Part shown: in pieces, positions 1 to 7,785 of the stretch | How positions within the stretch are numbered: position 1 is the stretch's first letter | Layout: every line of letters starts with the position of its first letter | IMG/VR virus record: IMGVR_UViG_3300044701_000569 | Span: 293,560-357,559 of that record | Strand: one strand, 5' to 3' | Length of the DNA stretch: 64,000 bases | The notes under the pieces: generated by a model | Told to the model about the DNA's origin: nothing | Databases searched by the model: none | Seen by the model: only the letters and a program-made list of their open reading frames with translations | Translations under genes and position numbers: made by a program

Positions 1-278
1 CGTTCAATTCGTTCACTAGCCTTAGGCTCTGCATAACTCACAGGCAAGTCGTTTACTTCAACGATACGAGCTTTACGGATTCTACGGAAGGGAAATTCTG
101 GGTTGCCTGTAGTAAGTCCAATTTCATCTTCTGCAAACCACTTATGGCGAATCACAGTGCCTGAGTATACATTAAACTCCTGTGTAACAACGCCCTGTGC
201 ATAGAGGTGTCGTTTGTCCCACAGAATGTTCTGTACACGGATTGTAACAGTATTACCCTCTTTAAGCAGTTCGCTCAT
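1..278 (-). CDS. hypothetical phage protein (runs off the window start)
   Basis: ATG at 278 with GAGG upstream, open to base 1 (MSELLKEGNTVTIRVQNILWDKRH...). Not in the ORF track. Downstream of the promoter at 308-335. Confidence 0.7.
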   Translation of the reverse strand, partial: MSELLKEGNTVTIRVQNILWDKRHLYAQGVVTQEFNVYSGTVIRHKWFAEDEIGLTTGNPEFPFRRIRKARIVEVNDLPVSYAEPKASERIE

Positions 279-307
279 GATAAACCCTCGTGATTGACTA
301 TATTATT

Positions 308-335
308 AGTATAGCATCACGAGGGCGTTTGTCAA
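308..335 (-). promoter_or_regulatory. sigma70-like promoter TTGACA-N16-TATACT
   Basis: Read directly; the -35 box contains the TGA stop of ORF 332..550. Confidence 0.8.
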
Positions 336-550
336 CCAGAAATTTTGGCAAATAATGCTTCTGCGTCTGGATAAGTCTTCATTTTGGACACTTGTTGGTC
401 CCAAACTTCCATCATAATCAGTTCAAAAATTGTTTCAGCTTCTGAACCGTGTTGTTCTATCACTTCGCTTACTTCACTCATAGTATCACAGTTCCAAAGT
501 AGATCTGCTAGTTCTACTTGACGTGGGGACAGTCCGCTAAGAGAAATCAT
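332..550 (-). CDS. hypothetical protein
   Basis: 72-aa ORF; start overlaps the upstream stop. Confidence 0.7.
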   Translation of the reverse strand: MISLSGLSPRQVELADLLWNCDTMSEVSEVIEQHGSEAETIFELIMMEVWDQQVSKMKTYPDAEALFAKISG

Positions 551-795
551 AGTTCTACCTTTTGTACACGATCGTATCTAAAGCTGCGCCAAGCACCTGC
601 ATTGGTATCCCAAACATTCACAGTACCAGGCTTACCTTCTTTTTCAGTCTTTGGACGACTGCTTTCTGGAATCACGTCAAATGACTTAGTACAAGTCATT
701 ACTCTCTGTTCACCGTCCAGTTTTAGGAACGTCACTATTAGAGTCTTGCTTCTCAGCATCTCCACTAGTTCCGCTTCCGTTGGAATTCCCTTCAT
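547..795 (-). CDS. SH3/WYL-like beta-barrel protein (DUF2693-like)
   Basis: TFLKLDGEQRVMTCT...VWDTNAGAWRSFRYD pattern. Start uncertain (ORF track gives 885). Confidence 0.65.
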   Translation of the reverse strand: MKGIPTEAELVEMLRSKTLIVTFLKLDGEQRVMTCTKSFDVIPESSRPKTEKEGKPGTVNVWDTNAGAWRSFRYDRVQKVEL

Positions 796-901
796 CTCTG
801 CGATCTTTGTTTCCAAAGATTCTGTCATAGTTACTTCTGTATGCATCATCATCTGCGCCTTTTCTTTTTGAACTACCTTTTCCACCGTGCCATTGGCTCA
901 T
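710..901 (-). CDS. small conserved phage protein (GGKGS...Y..N.DRIFG type)
   Basis: ATGA coupling to the upstream stop at 898; motif recurrent in phage small proteins; 3' end overlaps the next gene. Confidence 0.55.
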   Translation of the reverse strand: MSQWHGGKGSSKRKGADDDAYRSNYDRIFGNKDRRDEGNSNGSGTSGDAEKQDSNSDVPKTGR

Positions 902-1089
902 ACCAATTCCTCAACAACACCTAAGATTTCTGCTCCAATCAGCAGTACACCACCTGCCACAAGCCAGCCTGCGCCAGGTATGATATATCCTGCGGCAACA
1001 ATACTGCTGCCTGCTATCATTCGTAAACCACTCTTAACAAGGCTAACATAAAAGTGACCTTTACTAGGATCCTTTGGTTGAATTTCCAT
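898..1089 (-). CDS. small membrane protein
   Basis: 63 aa with two hydrophobic segments. Confidence 0.7.
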   Translation of the reverse strand: MEIQPKDPSKGHFYVSLVKSGLRMIAGSSIVAAGYIIPGAGWLVAGGVLLIGAEILGVVEELV

Positions 1090-1210
1090 TTTGTTTCTTC
1101 TTTTCTAATTCTCTAGTTAGTTTGCAAGGACCCCAGGTACAATTGGGGTCGTATTTTTGTCTACAGAGTATACATAACTGATCCTTAGGAATATCTTCCT
1201 TTTGGGTCAT
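1064..1210 (-). CDS. small Cys-rich protein (possible Zn finger), 48 aa
   Basis: Hand-translated MTQKEDIPKDQLCILCRQKYDPNCTWGPCKLTRELEKKKQNGNSTKGS; fills the gap; GGAG upstream. Confidence 0.55.
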   Translation of the reverse strand: MTQKEDIPKDQLCILCRQKYDPNCTWGPCKLTRELEKKKQNGNSTKGS

Positions 1211-1211
1211 G

Positions 1212-1904
1212 TCACTCCTTTCGACCACCAAACAACTGTAAGAGGTTAATGAACAAGTTAATAAAGTCCATGTATAGAGTTAATGCACCTCGAACTTCTG
1301 CAACACTATTTGCATCCACTGAGAGTTCTTCGCGGATCTTTTGCGTGTCATATGCTGTCAGTCCTAGAAAGATAATAATAGCCAGTGCTGAAATTACCAT
1401 CTGCATAACTGTACTGCCAATAAAAATGTTAACAATACTAGCAATGATAATTGCAATCAATCCCACAAACATAAACTTGCCCATGCTGTCTAGACTCTGT
1501 TTAGTAAAGTAGCCATAACCACTCATAACACCAAACAGAATAGCTGCGCCCATAAAGGCACTAACAATTGAGCCCATAGTAAACACAGCAAAGATTGTAG
1601 CAAAGCTCAATCCCATTAGTGCTGCAAATCCGTGTAAGCATAATTGTGCTACACCCTTGCTAGGATTATTACCTAGGATCATAGCAACCCCAAAGATTGC
1701 CACCAGCGGTGAAAAGATTACAATCCATTTCATCACACCTGTGAAAAAGAATGCCAACAACTCTGGGCTAGTGCCTACAAAGTAACTAACAATCATTGAC
1801 ACTAGAACAGCTAGGCTCATATGTCCGTAGACACGACCCATTGCTGAATTAATTTCATCAGCAGAACGATAGGACATTCCACCTGTATAACTTGTTCCAA
1901 ACAT
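1212..1904 (-). CDS. Bax inhibitor-1/YccA family membrane protein
   Basis: Seven hydrophobic segments, LTAYDTQKI and ALTLYMDFINLF motifs; AAGGAG before ATG 1904. Confidence 0.92.
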   Translation of the reverse strand: MFGTSYTGGMSYRSADEINSAMGRVYGHMSLAVLVSMIVSYFVGTSPELLAFFFTGVMKWIVIFSPLVAIFGVAMILGNNPSKGVAQLCLHGFAALMGLSFATIFAVFTMGSIVSAFMGAAILFGVMSGYGYFTKQSLDSMGKFMFVGLIAIIIASIVNIFIGSTVMQMVISALAIIIFLGLTAYDTQKIREELSVDANSVAEVRGALTLYMDFINLFINLLQLFGGRKE

Positions 1905-1914
1905 ATTTGTCTCC

Positions 1915-2502
1915 TTAACGTTGATCAACAATTTTATCCACTAGCCCGTAAGCCAGTGCTTCTTCTGCACTCATAAACGTGTCACGATCCATATCACGTT
2001 CAAAGTCCTCGTAGGTCTTACCTGCTGTGTTGTGCTTAACATACAGCTCAGTAAGACGCTTCTTCCAGTACATGATTTCCTTGTAGGAAATCTCAATGTC
2101 TGAAGCCATACCTCTTGCACCACCCGATGGTTGGTGAATCATGTGTCGTGCATTAGGCAGCATCTTGCGCTTGCCTGGCGCACCTGCCTGTGCTAGGAAT
2201 GAACCCATTGAGCAGGCTTGACCCATGATAATAGTCTGCACATCAGGCTTGATAAACTGCATAGTGTCATAGATAGCCATGCCAGCTGTGATTACTCCGC
2301 CTGGTGAATTAATATAAAAATAAATGTCTTGTTCTGTTGCCTGTGACTCTAAGAAGAGCAACTGTGCGACAATTAAATTTGAGCTGTTGTCGTCTACTGG
2401 ACCGTTTAACATTACGATCCTATCTTTGAGTAAGCGACTGTAAATGTCGTAGGATCGCTCACCGCGAGCTTCCTGTTCAATTACCATAGGTACTAAGGGC
2501 AT
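1915..2502 (-). CDS. clpP: ATP-dependent Clp protease proteolytic subunit
   Basis: [18 protein letters not shown]; catalytic Ser (QACSMGS), His (MIHQP), Asp (RDTFM). Confidence 0.97.
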   Translation of the reverse strand: MPLVPMVIEQEARGERSYDIYSRLLKDRIVMLNGPVDDNSSNLIVAQLLFLESQATEQDIYFYINSPGGVITAGMAIYDTMQFIKPDVQTIIMGQACSMGSFLAQAGAPGKRKMLPNARHMIHQPSGGARGMASDIEISYKEIMYWKKRLTELYVKHNTAGKTYEDFERDMDRDTFMSAEEALAYGLVDKIVDQR

Positions 2503-2505
2503 ATA

Positions 2506-2742
2506 TTATCTTCTTCCTGTATATCTAATTGTTTCTTTAGGACCAGAACTTGTAAATTCTACTCCCGCCATTGCACCAACATAGGTTCTACCATTGTGCT
2601 TTAACATTAGTTTAACACTTTTATTTAAACTTACAACCAGTGACTTGCCTGGTTTGTATTCTAGCACATCAGCATCTACTTCAATGTCATTGTTGGTGTT
2701 TTTTAACTTGCAGGTATCTGCAAATGTAGAATTACTCTGCAT
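2506..2742 (-). CDS. hypothetical protein
   Basis: 78-aa ORF in a packed operon. Confidence 0.65.
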   Translation of the reverse strand: MQSNSTFADTCKLKNTNNDIEVDADVLEYKPGKSLVVSLNKSVKLMLKHNGRTYVGAMAGVEFTSSGPKETIRYTGRR

Positions 2743-2989
2743 CTTGTGAGCCTCTTAATCTTACATTAGCAACATAGTTTTCTACCAATAGTTTGGTTAT
2801 AGTTGCCATAGCCACTGCTGCAAAGTTTTCTTCGGGCACAGTCTGCATCTGATCAATTACATTAGCAGCCATTGTCTTATAGGCCTCATCTCTACTGATG
2901 CCTACAGCTTTCCAGTCAATTGGCTGTGCTAATTGTCCTTCCATAGCTAATGCTGCTAATTGGTTTACTATCTGTTCTTGTTCTTCCAT
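2732..2989 (-). CDS. hypothetical protein, paralogue of 19791..20033
   Basis: GGAG SD; shared PIDW...AY..MA..V...KLLVEN. Confidence 0.75.
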   Translation of the reverse strand: MEEQEQIVNQLAALAMEGQLAQPIDWKAVGISRDEAYKTMAANVIDQMQTVPEENFAAVAMATITKLLVENYVANVRLRGSQDAE

Positions 2990-2997
2990 AAGTTCTC

Positions 2998-3204
2998 CTA
3001 GTGTACTCTAACCTCTGTTACTTTTTCGTTTGGATCAAAGTGAAAATGCTCAATACACAACTTGGCTATGTTATCCGGAATGACGTTTTGATCCTCACCG
3101 TCTGGTATCCAAATTCCTTTTACTGTTCCATCCTTACCAACAATCAAACCGTAATCGTCTTTGGCTAGGGCATTCTCAAATTCTAATTTTACTCTGTTAG
3201 ACAT
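2998..3204 (-). CDS. hypothetical protein
   Basis: 68-aa ORF in operon. Confidence 0.65.
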   Translation of the reverse strand: MSNRVKLEFENALAKDDYGLIVGKDGTVKGIWIPDGEDQNVIPDNIAKLCIEHFHFDPNEKVTEVRVH

Positions 3205-3805
3205 CTTCTTTTACCTTTTTTAGGATTGTTTTGTGAATACCTGGGTTAACACGTAGTACGTGAGGCATCATTTCGTGTCTGATATAGTTTCTAGTATACT
3301 TGATATTTCTGTTACTGTCATCCTCTAAATACTCTACATTATTTAAGTTGGCCCAAAGTTCTAGGTCTCGTTTGCGAGTTAGACGAAAAGGACGAACTAC
3401 ATTCTGCCTAGTGTGAGGAATAAGTTTTGGAGTACCGTGCATTGAGCTCCAAACCCACGTTTCAACTACGTCGTCTAAATGATGACAGGTTACTACAGTG
3501 TGTCCCCGCCAATACGGACCGTTAAACCACTCATAACGTGCTTCACGCCACCATTCTTCCATGCTCATACCTTTGGGACATTCACCCTCTAATACGTGCT
3601 CGCGATAACGAACGTCTGTGTACTTGGTTCTGCACTGTTCACGCAGCCAAGCGGCAGCACGAATGCCGTGATCCGTTCTGTGATTGAAGTGTGCTACAGT
3701 GACACGATGATTTCTGCGCAGGAAGTCTAGAGCTGCCATTGAGTCAACTCCGCCTGAGCAAGCCAGTACAATGTCTCTGGGCAGTTTGCCCTGCATCTTA
3801 ATCAT
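3197..3805 (-). CDS. tilS: tRNA(Ile)-lysidine synthetase-like PP-loop ATPase (catalytic domain only)
   Basis: ACSGGVDSM PP-loop, HFNH, REARY, HHLDDVVET, RNYIRHE. Start at ATG 3805 coupled to the upstream small ORF. Confidence 0.88.
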   Translation of the reverse strand: MIKMQGKLPRDIVLACSGGVDSMAALDFLRRNHRVTVAHFNHRTDHGIRAAAWLREQCRTKYTDVRYREHVLEGECPKGMSMEEWWREARYEWFNGPYWRGHTVVTCHHLDDVVETWVWSSMHGTPKLIPHTRQNVVRPFRLTRKRDLELWANLNNVEYLEDDSNRNIKYTRNYIRHEMMPHVLRVNPGIHKTILKKVKEDV

Positions 3806-3900
3806 TGGAACAACAGATGCAGTACCCAAAGGGTACCCACTCCAACAAAAAATCCAACACCAAAAATTACTTTATTAAGTTCTTTTTCATCATCGCTCAT
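3802..3900 (-). CDS. small single-TM protein, 32 aa
   Basis: MSDDEKELNKVIFGVGFFVGVGTLWVLHLLFQ; ATGA overlaps at both ends. Confidence 0.65.
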   Translation of the reverse strand: MSDDEKELNKVIFGVGFFVGVGTLWVLHLLFQ

Positions 3901-4241
3901 ACAATTACCTGCTTTTGGGTTGCTGATTTAAAAATACTATTACCTTTTTCTCTAATCAAATCCACTAGATACTGAGGTGTATCCTGTGCAATTTGCATTA
4001 GATCTTCTTGTGTGATTTCACCTGTAGTAGTAAACAACCAAATCTCAGGTGAGCGTTGTGGATTGAACTGTGCTCGCAGAGTCATAGCATGCAGATTGAG
4101 AGGGTGTTCAAATCGCTCGCCCTTAATGTCTGCCAGCAGTTTCTTGTTTTCGTAGCCAGTGATGTCTAGGATAGTTTCAAACCCTAGGCAGTCCCAGTAG
4201 GCAATGAATGTGCGTTCTTTATTTGGCATTGAGTAGCTCAC
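3897..4241 (-). CDS. hypothetical protein
   Basis: 114-aa ORF. Confidence 0.7.
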   Translation of the reverse strand: MSYSMPNKERTFIAYWDCLGFETILDITGYENKKLLADIKGERFEHPLNLHAMTLRAQFNPQRSPEIWLFTTTGEITQEDLMQIAQDTPQYLVDLIREKGNSIFKSATQKQVIV

Positions 4242-4470
4242 TGTATTTCATGATAAAGAAAGTGCGTTTCTTTTCTGAGTAAAAATCCAACATTACGCAG
4301 TCTTTGTAATTGTGTGTTTCTGGATCAAACTCTCTGTGATTGCGATTAACAAACCCTAGCCTATCTTTCATCCGTTCACGAATTAATAATACACTTATAG
4401 GATAGTCCTGCAATAGGTGCCAGCAAACACTTTTCCACTGACTGTGAGTTAATTCAATTGGCTTACTCAT
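4219..4470 (-). CDS. small protein of the F-x-L/M-K-W/Y-S C-terminal family
   Basis: FYSEKKRTFFIMKYS. Confidence 0.7.
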   Translation of the reverse strand: MSKPIELTHSQWKSVCWHLLQDYPISVLLIRERMKDRLGFVNRNHREFDPETHNYKDCVMLDFYSEKKRTFFIMKYSELLNAK

Positions 4471-4852
4471 AATTACTCTGTACCAGAGCCAGCAGTGTTT
4501 GATACTTTTCGTAGGCAGCTCTTACCGCTGAATTTTCTTGACGTATTCTGCACTCACGTTCGTGTTCCACAATTATGTTACTTACTCTAGACACGTTATT
4601 AGAAAAATGGCGATTGTCATGCAATCCAGCACGTTCTACCCAGTCGCCATGTTCTAGTAGAGCACGGAAGCGATCCTCTGGCATGTGGATTTCCACACAC
4701 TTGACATCTTCAACAGGAATCTCCTGGAAAATATCTGGATCACTTTCGCTCCACAGCTGATAGGGCATACGCCTAACCCTACGTTGCATGCGAGAGCTAG
4801 GCTGCACGTATGCATCGTATTTTCTGCAGAATTCATCCACTTCATGCTTCAT
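4463..4852 (-). CDS. hypothetical protein
   Basis: 129-aa ORF. Confidence 0.7.
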   Translation of the reverse strand: MKHEVDEFCRKYDAYVQPSSRMQRRVRRMPYQLWSESDPDIFQEIPVEDVKCVEIHMPEDRFRALLEHGDWVERAGLHDNRHFSNNVSRVSNIIVEHERECRIRQENSAVRAAYEKYQTLLALVQSNYE

Positions 4853-4860
4853 AATTGTGC

Positions 4861-5073
4861 CTATGAATATTTTAGAGCGAAAAAGGTTGCATAGTGTTCT
4901 TTGTAAAATTTAAAAACAGTATGAGAAGGAACGTCTCCTACCATTTCATCCCAGCGTCTTTGATGGAATGCAAAGTCAAAGTCTACACCCTGCACCCAAC
5001 CCTGCTGTCTTAGCTGTCTAACAATGTTCATCACACTGTCAGCTGAACGATTCTCAATCGTTATCTGTACCAA
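4861..5073 (-). CDS. small protein of the F-x-L/M-K-W/Y-S C-terminal family
   Basis: FKFYKEHYATFFALKYS. Start uncertain (TTG 5073). Confidence 0.6.
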   Translation of the reverse strand: MVQITIENRSADSVMNIVRQLRQQGWVQGVDFDFAFHQRRWDEMVGDVPSHTVFKFYKEHYATFFALKYS

Positions 5074-5566
5074 AGCGAGCTCTGAAGCCTTCTGGATCAT
5101 CTTCGTATTCAGTGATGAAGTTCCGTAACGCTTCTTCAACTAGTTCGTTTAGAGTCATGTCACGTTCATGAGCCAGTGTCATCAATTGAAACAGCTCATC
5201 ACGATCCATGTCCAACGGAACGCTTACTCGTTCATCGTATTCTTCACCTGCGATAATAGCCTGTGCCTTTTGGATGAAGTCATCGTCTGATTCCAAATCA
5301 ATGTAATTTACTTCGTCCCAAGCCTGCTTATCTACCTTTAGCTCTGAATCATAGATACGATAGGCTCTATCATTAGCATAGTCGCAGAGTTCAACGCAAT
5401 ATACTCGTTGGTTGTCTCGCGGGGCAAAAATAATGTTTAACGAGTAACCATCCTGTTTCTCATTCCAGCTGGTTAAACAGTAAAGGTCTGAAATATTACC
5501 AAAATACTCACTGCCTTCAGTGATACGGCAATCTACCAATTCCATCCATTCTTTTAGAGTAAGCAT
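5054..5566 (-). CDS. hypothetical protein with C-terminal ribbon-helix-helix-like segment
   Basis: LMTLAHERDMTLNELVEEAL; AGGAG SD; promoter upstream. Confidence 0.7.
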   Translation of the reverse strand: MLTLKEWMELVDCRITEGSEYFGNISDLYCLTSWNEKQDGYSLNIIFAPRDNQRVYCVELCDYANDRAYRIYDSELKVDKQAWDEVNYIDLESDDDFIQKAQAIIAGEEYDERVSVPLDMDRDELFQLMTLAHERDMTLNELVEEALRNFITEYEDDPEGFRARFGTDND

Positions 5567-5591
5567 TAGAGTTCTCCTGTTGTGATAGTTT

Positions 5592-5619
5592 ATTATACTA
5601 TACTAGTCAAATTTGTCAA
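5592..5619 (-). promoter_or_regulatory. sigma70-like promoter TTGACA-N16-TATAAT
   Basis: Read directly. Confidence 0.8.
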
Positions 5620-5622
5620 GTG

Positions 5623-5653
5623 AAAAAAAATGGAGCTCAGCGGCTCCATTTTT
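5623..5653. terminator. intrinsic (possibly bidirectional) terminator
   Basis: A8-TGGAGC-tcagcg-GCTCCA-T5. Confidence 0.75.
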
Positions 5654-5658
5654 CATAA

Positions 5659-6324
5659 TTAATTTAAAATTTGCATTCCCGGATTCTCGTTTATTCTTAC
5701 AATCTTTCCGTTCATGTCAGCTGTATGTGTTAATACATAGTCATAAATTTTGTCTAGTGTAATTTGGCAGTTGTCAGTTTTAGAATAATCAAATCTAGGG
5801 GCAATACTAGATACAATAATTCCATTACTATTGTGATAAGCAAGTCCTAGCATTAAATGGTTTTGATATGCCTTTGATCCTGCATACCCTGCCATTTGTG
5901 TGTTTACAGTTCTGTTAATATCTAAAGACATACTAGTAGTCATAAAAATAATTTTAGATCCAGCTTTCATCTTAGACTGACATTCAAGTGCCAACGCATG
6001 CGGATATACAACATGAACTTTAATTGATCTAAAATAGTCTTTTTCTCTAACAGGTGATTGTAAATCAACTACGTTGTTAGGATAAGATCCTGTATTTGTA
6101 TTATAAATTAAAATATCAATGTTATCAAATCTTTGAGTTGCTTTTTTGAAATCGTTTAGAAAAGTTTCTAATGTTGAAAAGTCTGCAATAAATTGATTTG
6201 GATCATTAGACTGATTTGCTTTATGTGATACAATAATTACATCATGCCCGTTGTGTCTTGCTTTAAGAGCAAAATCATTTCCAAACTTCTTTTCAGTTCC
6301 ACCACCTACAATAACAATATTCAT
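5659..6324 (-). CDS. short-chain dehydrogenase/reductase (SDR)
   Basis: N-terminal Gly-rich IVIVGGG, IDILIYN, catalytic YAGSK. Confidence 0.75.
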   Translation of the reverse strand: MNIVIVGGGTEKKFGNDFALKARHNGHDVIIVSHKANQSNDPNQFIADFSTLETFLNDFKKATQRFDNIDILIYNTNTGSYPNNVVDLQSPVREKDYFRSIKVHVVYPHALALECQSKMKAGSKIIFMTTSMSLDINRTVNTQMAGYAGSKAYQNHLMLGLAYHNSNGIIVSSIAPRFDYSKTDNCQITLDKIYDYVLTHTADMNGKIVRINENPGMQILN

Positions 6325-6339
6325 TTAGTATCCCTTTAA

Positions 6340-6960
6340 TTATTTTATATACAAAGAAAGTTGTGTTTGAGCAGTTAATCTTGGAGTGTCTTGCTCTACA
6401 TTTATATCATGTAAAGAACCAGCTGTATTCATAAAGATAACTCCGTGTCCTTTTGTTCCAGGACATGAGTATATAAGTTTGTTGGGGTCTTTATGATCCC
6501 AAAATTTTGTGCCTTCTTTATTTTCTGTTAGATTTAAAATAGCTGCAAAAACAGTTCGTCGATTATCTAGATGCTTACTCATTTTGTGACCGTTTTGATC
6601 ACAGACAATATTTGTAAAAGACGTTACTCCGCCAATATTCCCTGGAAGCATCCAGGGCCAATTATTAGTAAAACTCTTTTGTAAATCTCCGCTGAATCCA
6701 TCTATTAAATTTACAAAAAGAGAGTGAATGGATTTTGTATATTCTTCAACCCACTCACTCTCTTTTTTTAGGAATGAACGATGTTGATGATCATTCCAAT
6801 TTTTTCTAGTAGTATTTGCTGAACCAAAACTGTCAGACTCTTTAAAATCGTTTGGTATCTCTGTATCCAAAAGATTAAAGTTCCAAATCCAGTGCTTATA
6901 ATAACTAAGCACTGGACCTTGGTTTAGATTTACTAGTTCAGGAACAGATAGTTGTATCAC
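6340..6960 (-). CDS. 2OG-Fe(II) oxygenase-like protein
   Basis: HLD...GTKF...SLHDI...RLT (HxD..H..R). Confidence 0.7.
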   Translation of the reverse strand: MIQLSVPELVNLNQGPVLSYYKHWIWNFNLLDTEIPNDFKESDSFGSANTTRKNWNDHQHRSFLKKESEWVEEYTKSIHSLFVNLIDGFSGDLQKSFTNNWPWMLPGNIGGVTSFTNIVCDQNGHKMSKHLDNRRTVFAAILNLTENKEGTKFWDHKDPNKLIYSCPGTKGHGVIFMNTAGSLHDINVEQDTPRLTAQTQLSLYIK

Positions 6961-7784
6961 TTGCCGTCGTCAATTTGAGCGTTCACAGCCTTAACTAATG
7001 CAGCCAAACGCTTGAGGTCATCTTCACTGAGCACACTGGCAGTAGGAGTTGCAGTAGCCTGGACGCTCTGAGCAAAAGCTTCATCGGCCTTTTCCTTGTC
7101 AATTTCATCCACAACTTCGTAACGGCATGCACGACCCTTGGAATCGTTGTAGTCGTTTGGAATGCTCACTACGTCACGTGGATTAATCTTAACGATTACA
7201 ACACGCTCACCACCAAAGTGGTTGAGGTAATCACGTGAGCAGAAGTGCAAGCCAGTTGAGCAGGTACGATTCTGATCGTCGTCTACGCGGTTACGCTCCA
7301 TCTCAACCACACTGCCAACACTGTTGTTCATAGTGCCAGTGTAGCAGTCCTTGTAGTCATTCTTTACCTTCTTGTAGGCAAGGAAGTGTCCATCTGGAGT
7401 GATAGGCAGGCTGTTCTTTTCCAAGAAGCCATACAGTTCAGTTACAGCTCTCTTACTAGGATTCTGCATGAGATTCTCCATGAATTGGATCATAGGCTCA
7501 ATTGGAAATCCATCCTGTAGCATCTGGATCATGCGATTGGAAAGAGCATTGTGCATTTCCTCGCCCTTCCAGAACAGCTTGTCACCCTGTACAGCTACAT
7601 TGCCCTGTCCATAGTCCAGAACAACCTTCTTGGGTTCAATTACGTCTTTAACAGTGTCCCAGTCACTGGCCTTGATAGCATCAACTACTCGCTGATAGGT
7701 GATATGGGTCTTGTTGATGGTGTGTGGCTTGTTGTCAATTACGACAACAATGTTATTGCCTTGGATTAGAAACGGATATGACAT
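6957..7784 (-). CDS. rIIB: rIIB-like protein
   Basis: NPSKRAVTELYGFL, DGHFLAYK, CSTGLHFCS, KGRACRYEVV; directly downstream of rIIA. Confidence 0.9.
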   Translation of the reverse strand: MSYPFLIQGNNIVVVIDNKPHTINKTHITYQRVVDAIKASDWDTVKDVIEPKKVVLDYGQGNVAVQGDKLFWKGEEMHNALSNRMIQMLQDGFPIEPMIQFMENLMQNPSKRAVTELYGFLEKNSLPITPDGHFLAYKKVKNDYKDCYTGTMNNSVGSVVEMERNRVDDDQNRTCSTGLHFCSRDYLNHFGGERVVIVKINPRDVVSIPNDYNDSKGRACRYEVVDEIDKEKADEAFAQSVQATATPTASVLSEDDLKRLAALVKAVNAQIDDGK

Positions 7785-7785
7785 G

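Noticed and set aside
1128-1150. Terminator hairpin gacccca/tggggtc
   Set aside because: Lies within a plausible 48-aa Cys-rich ORF and lacks a U-tract on the coding strand.
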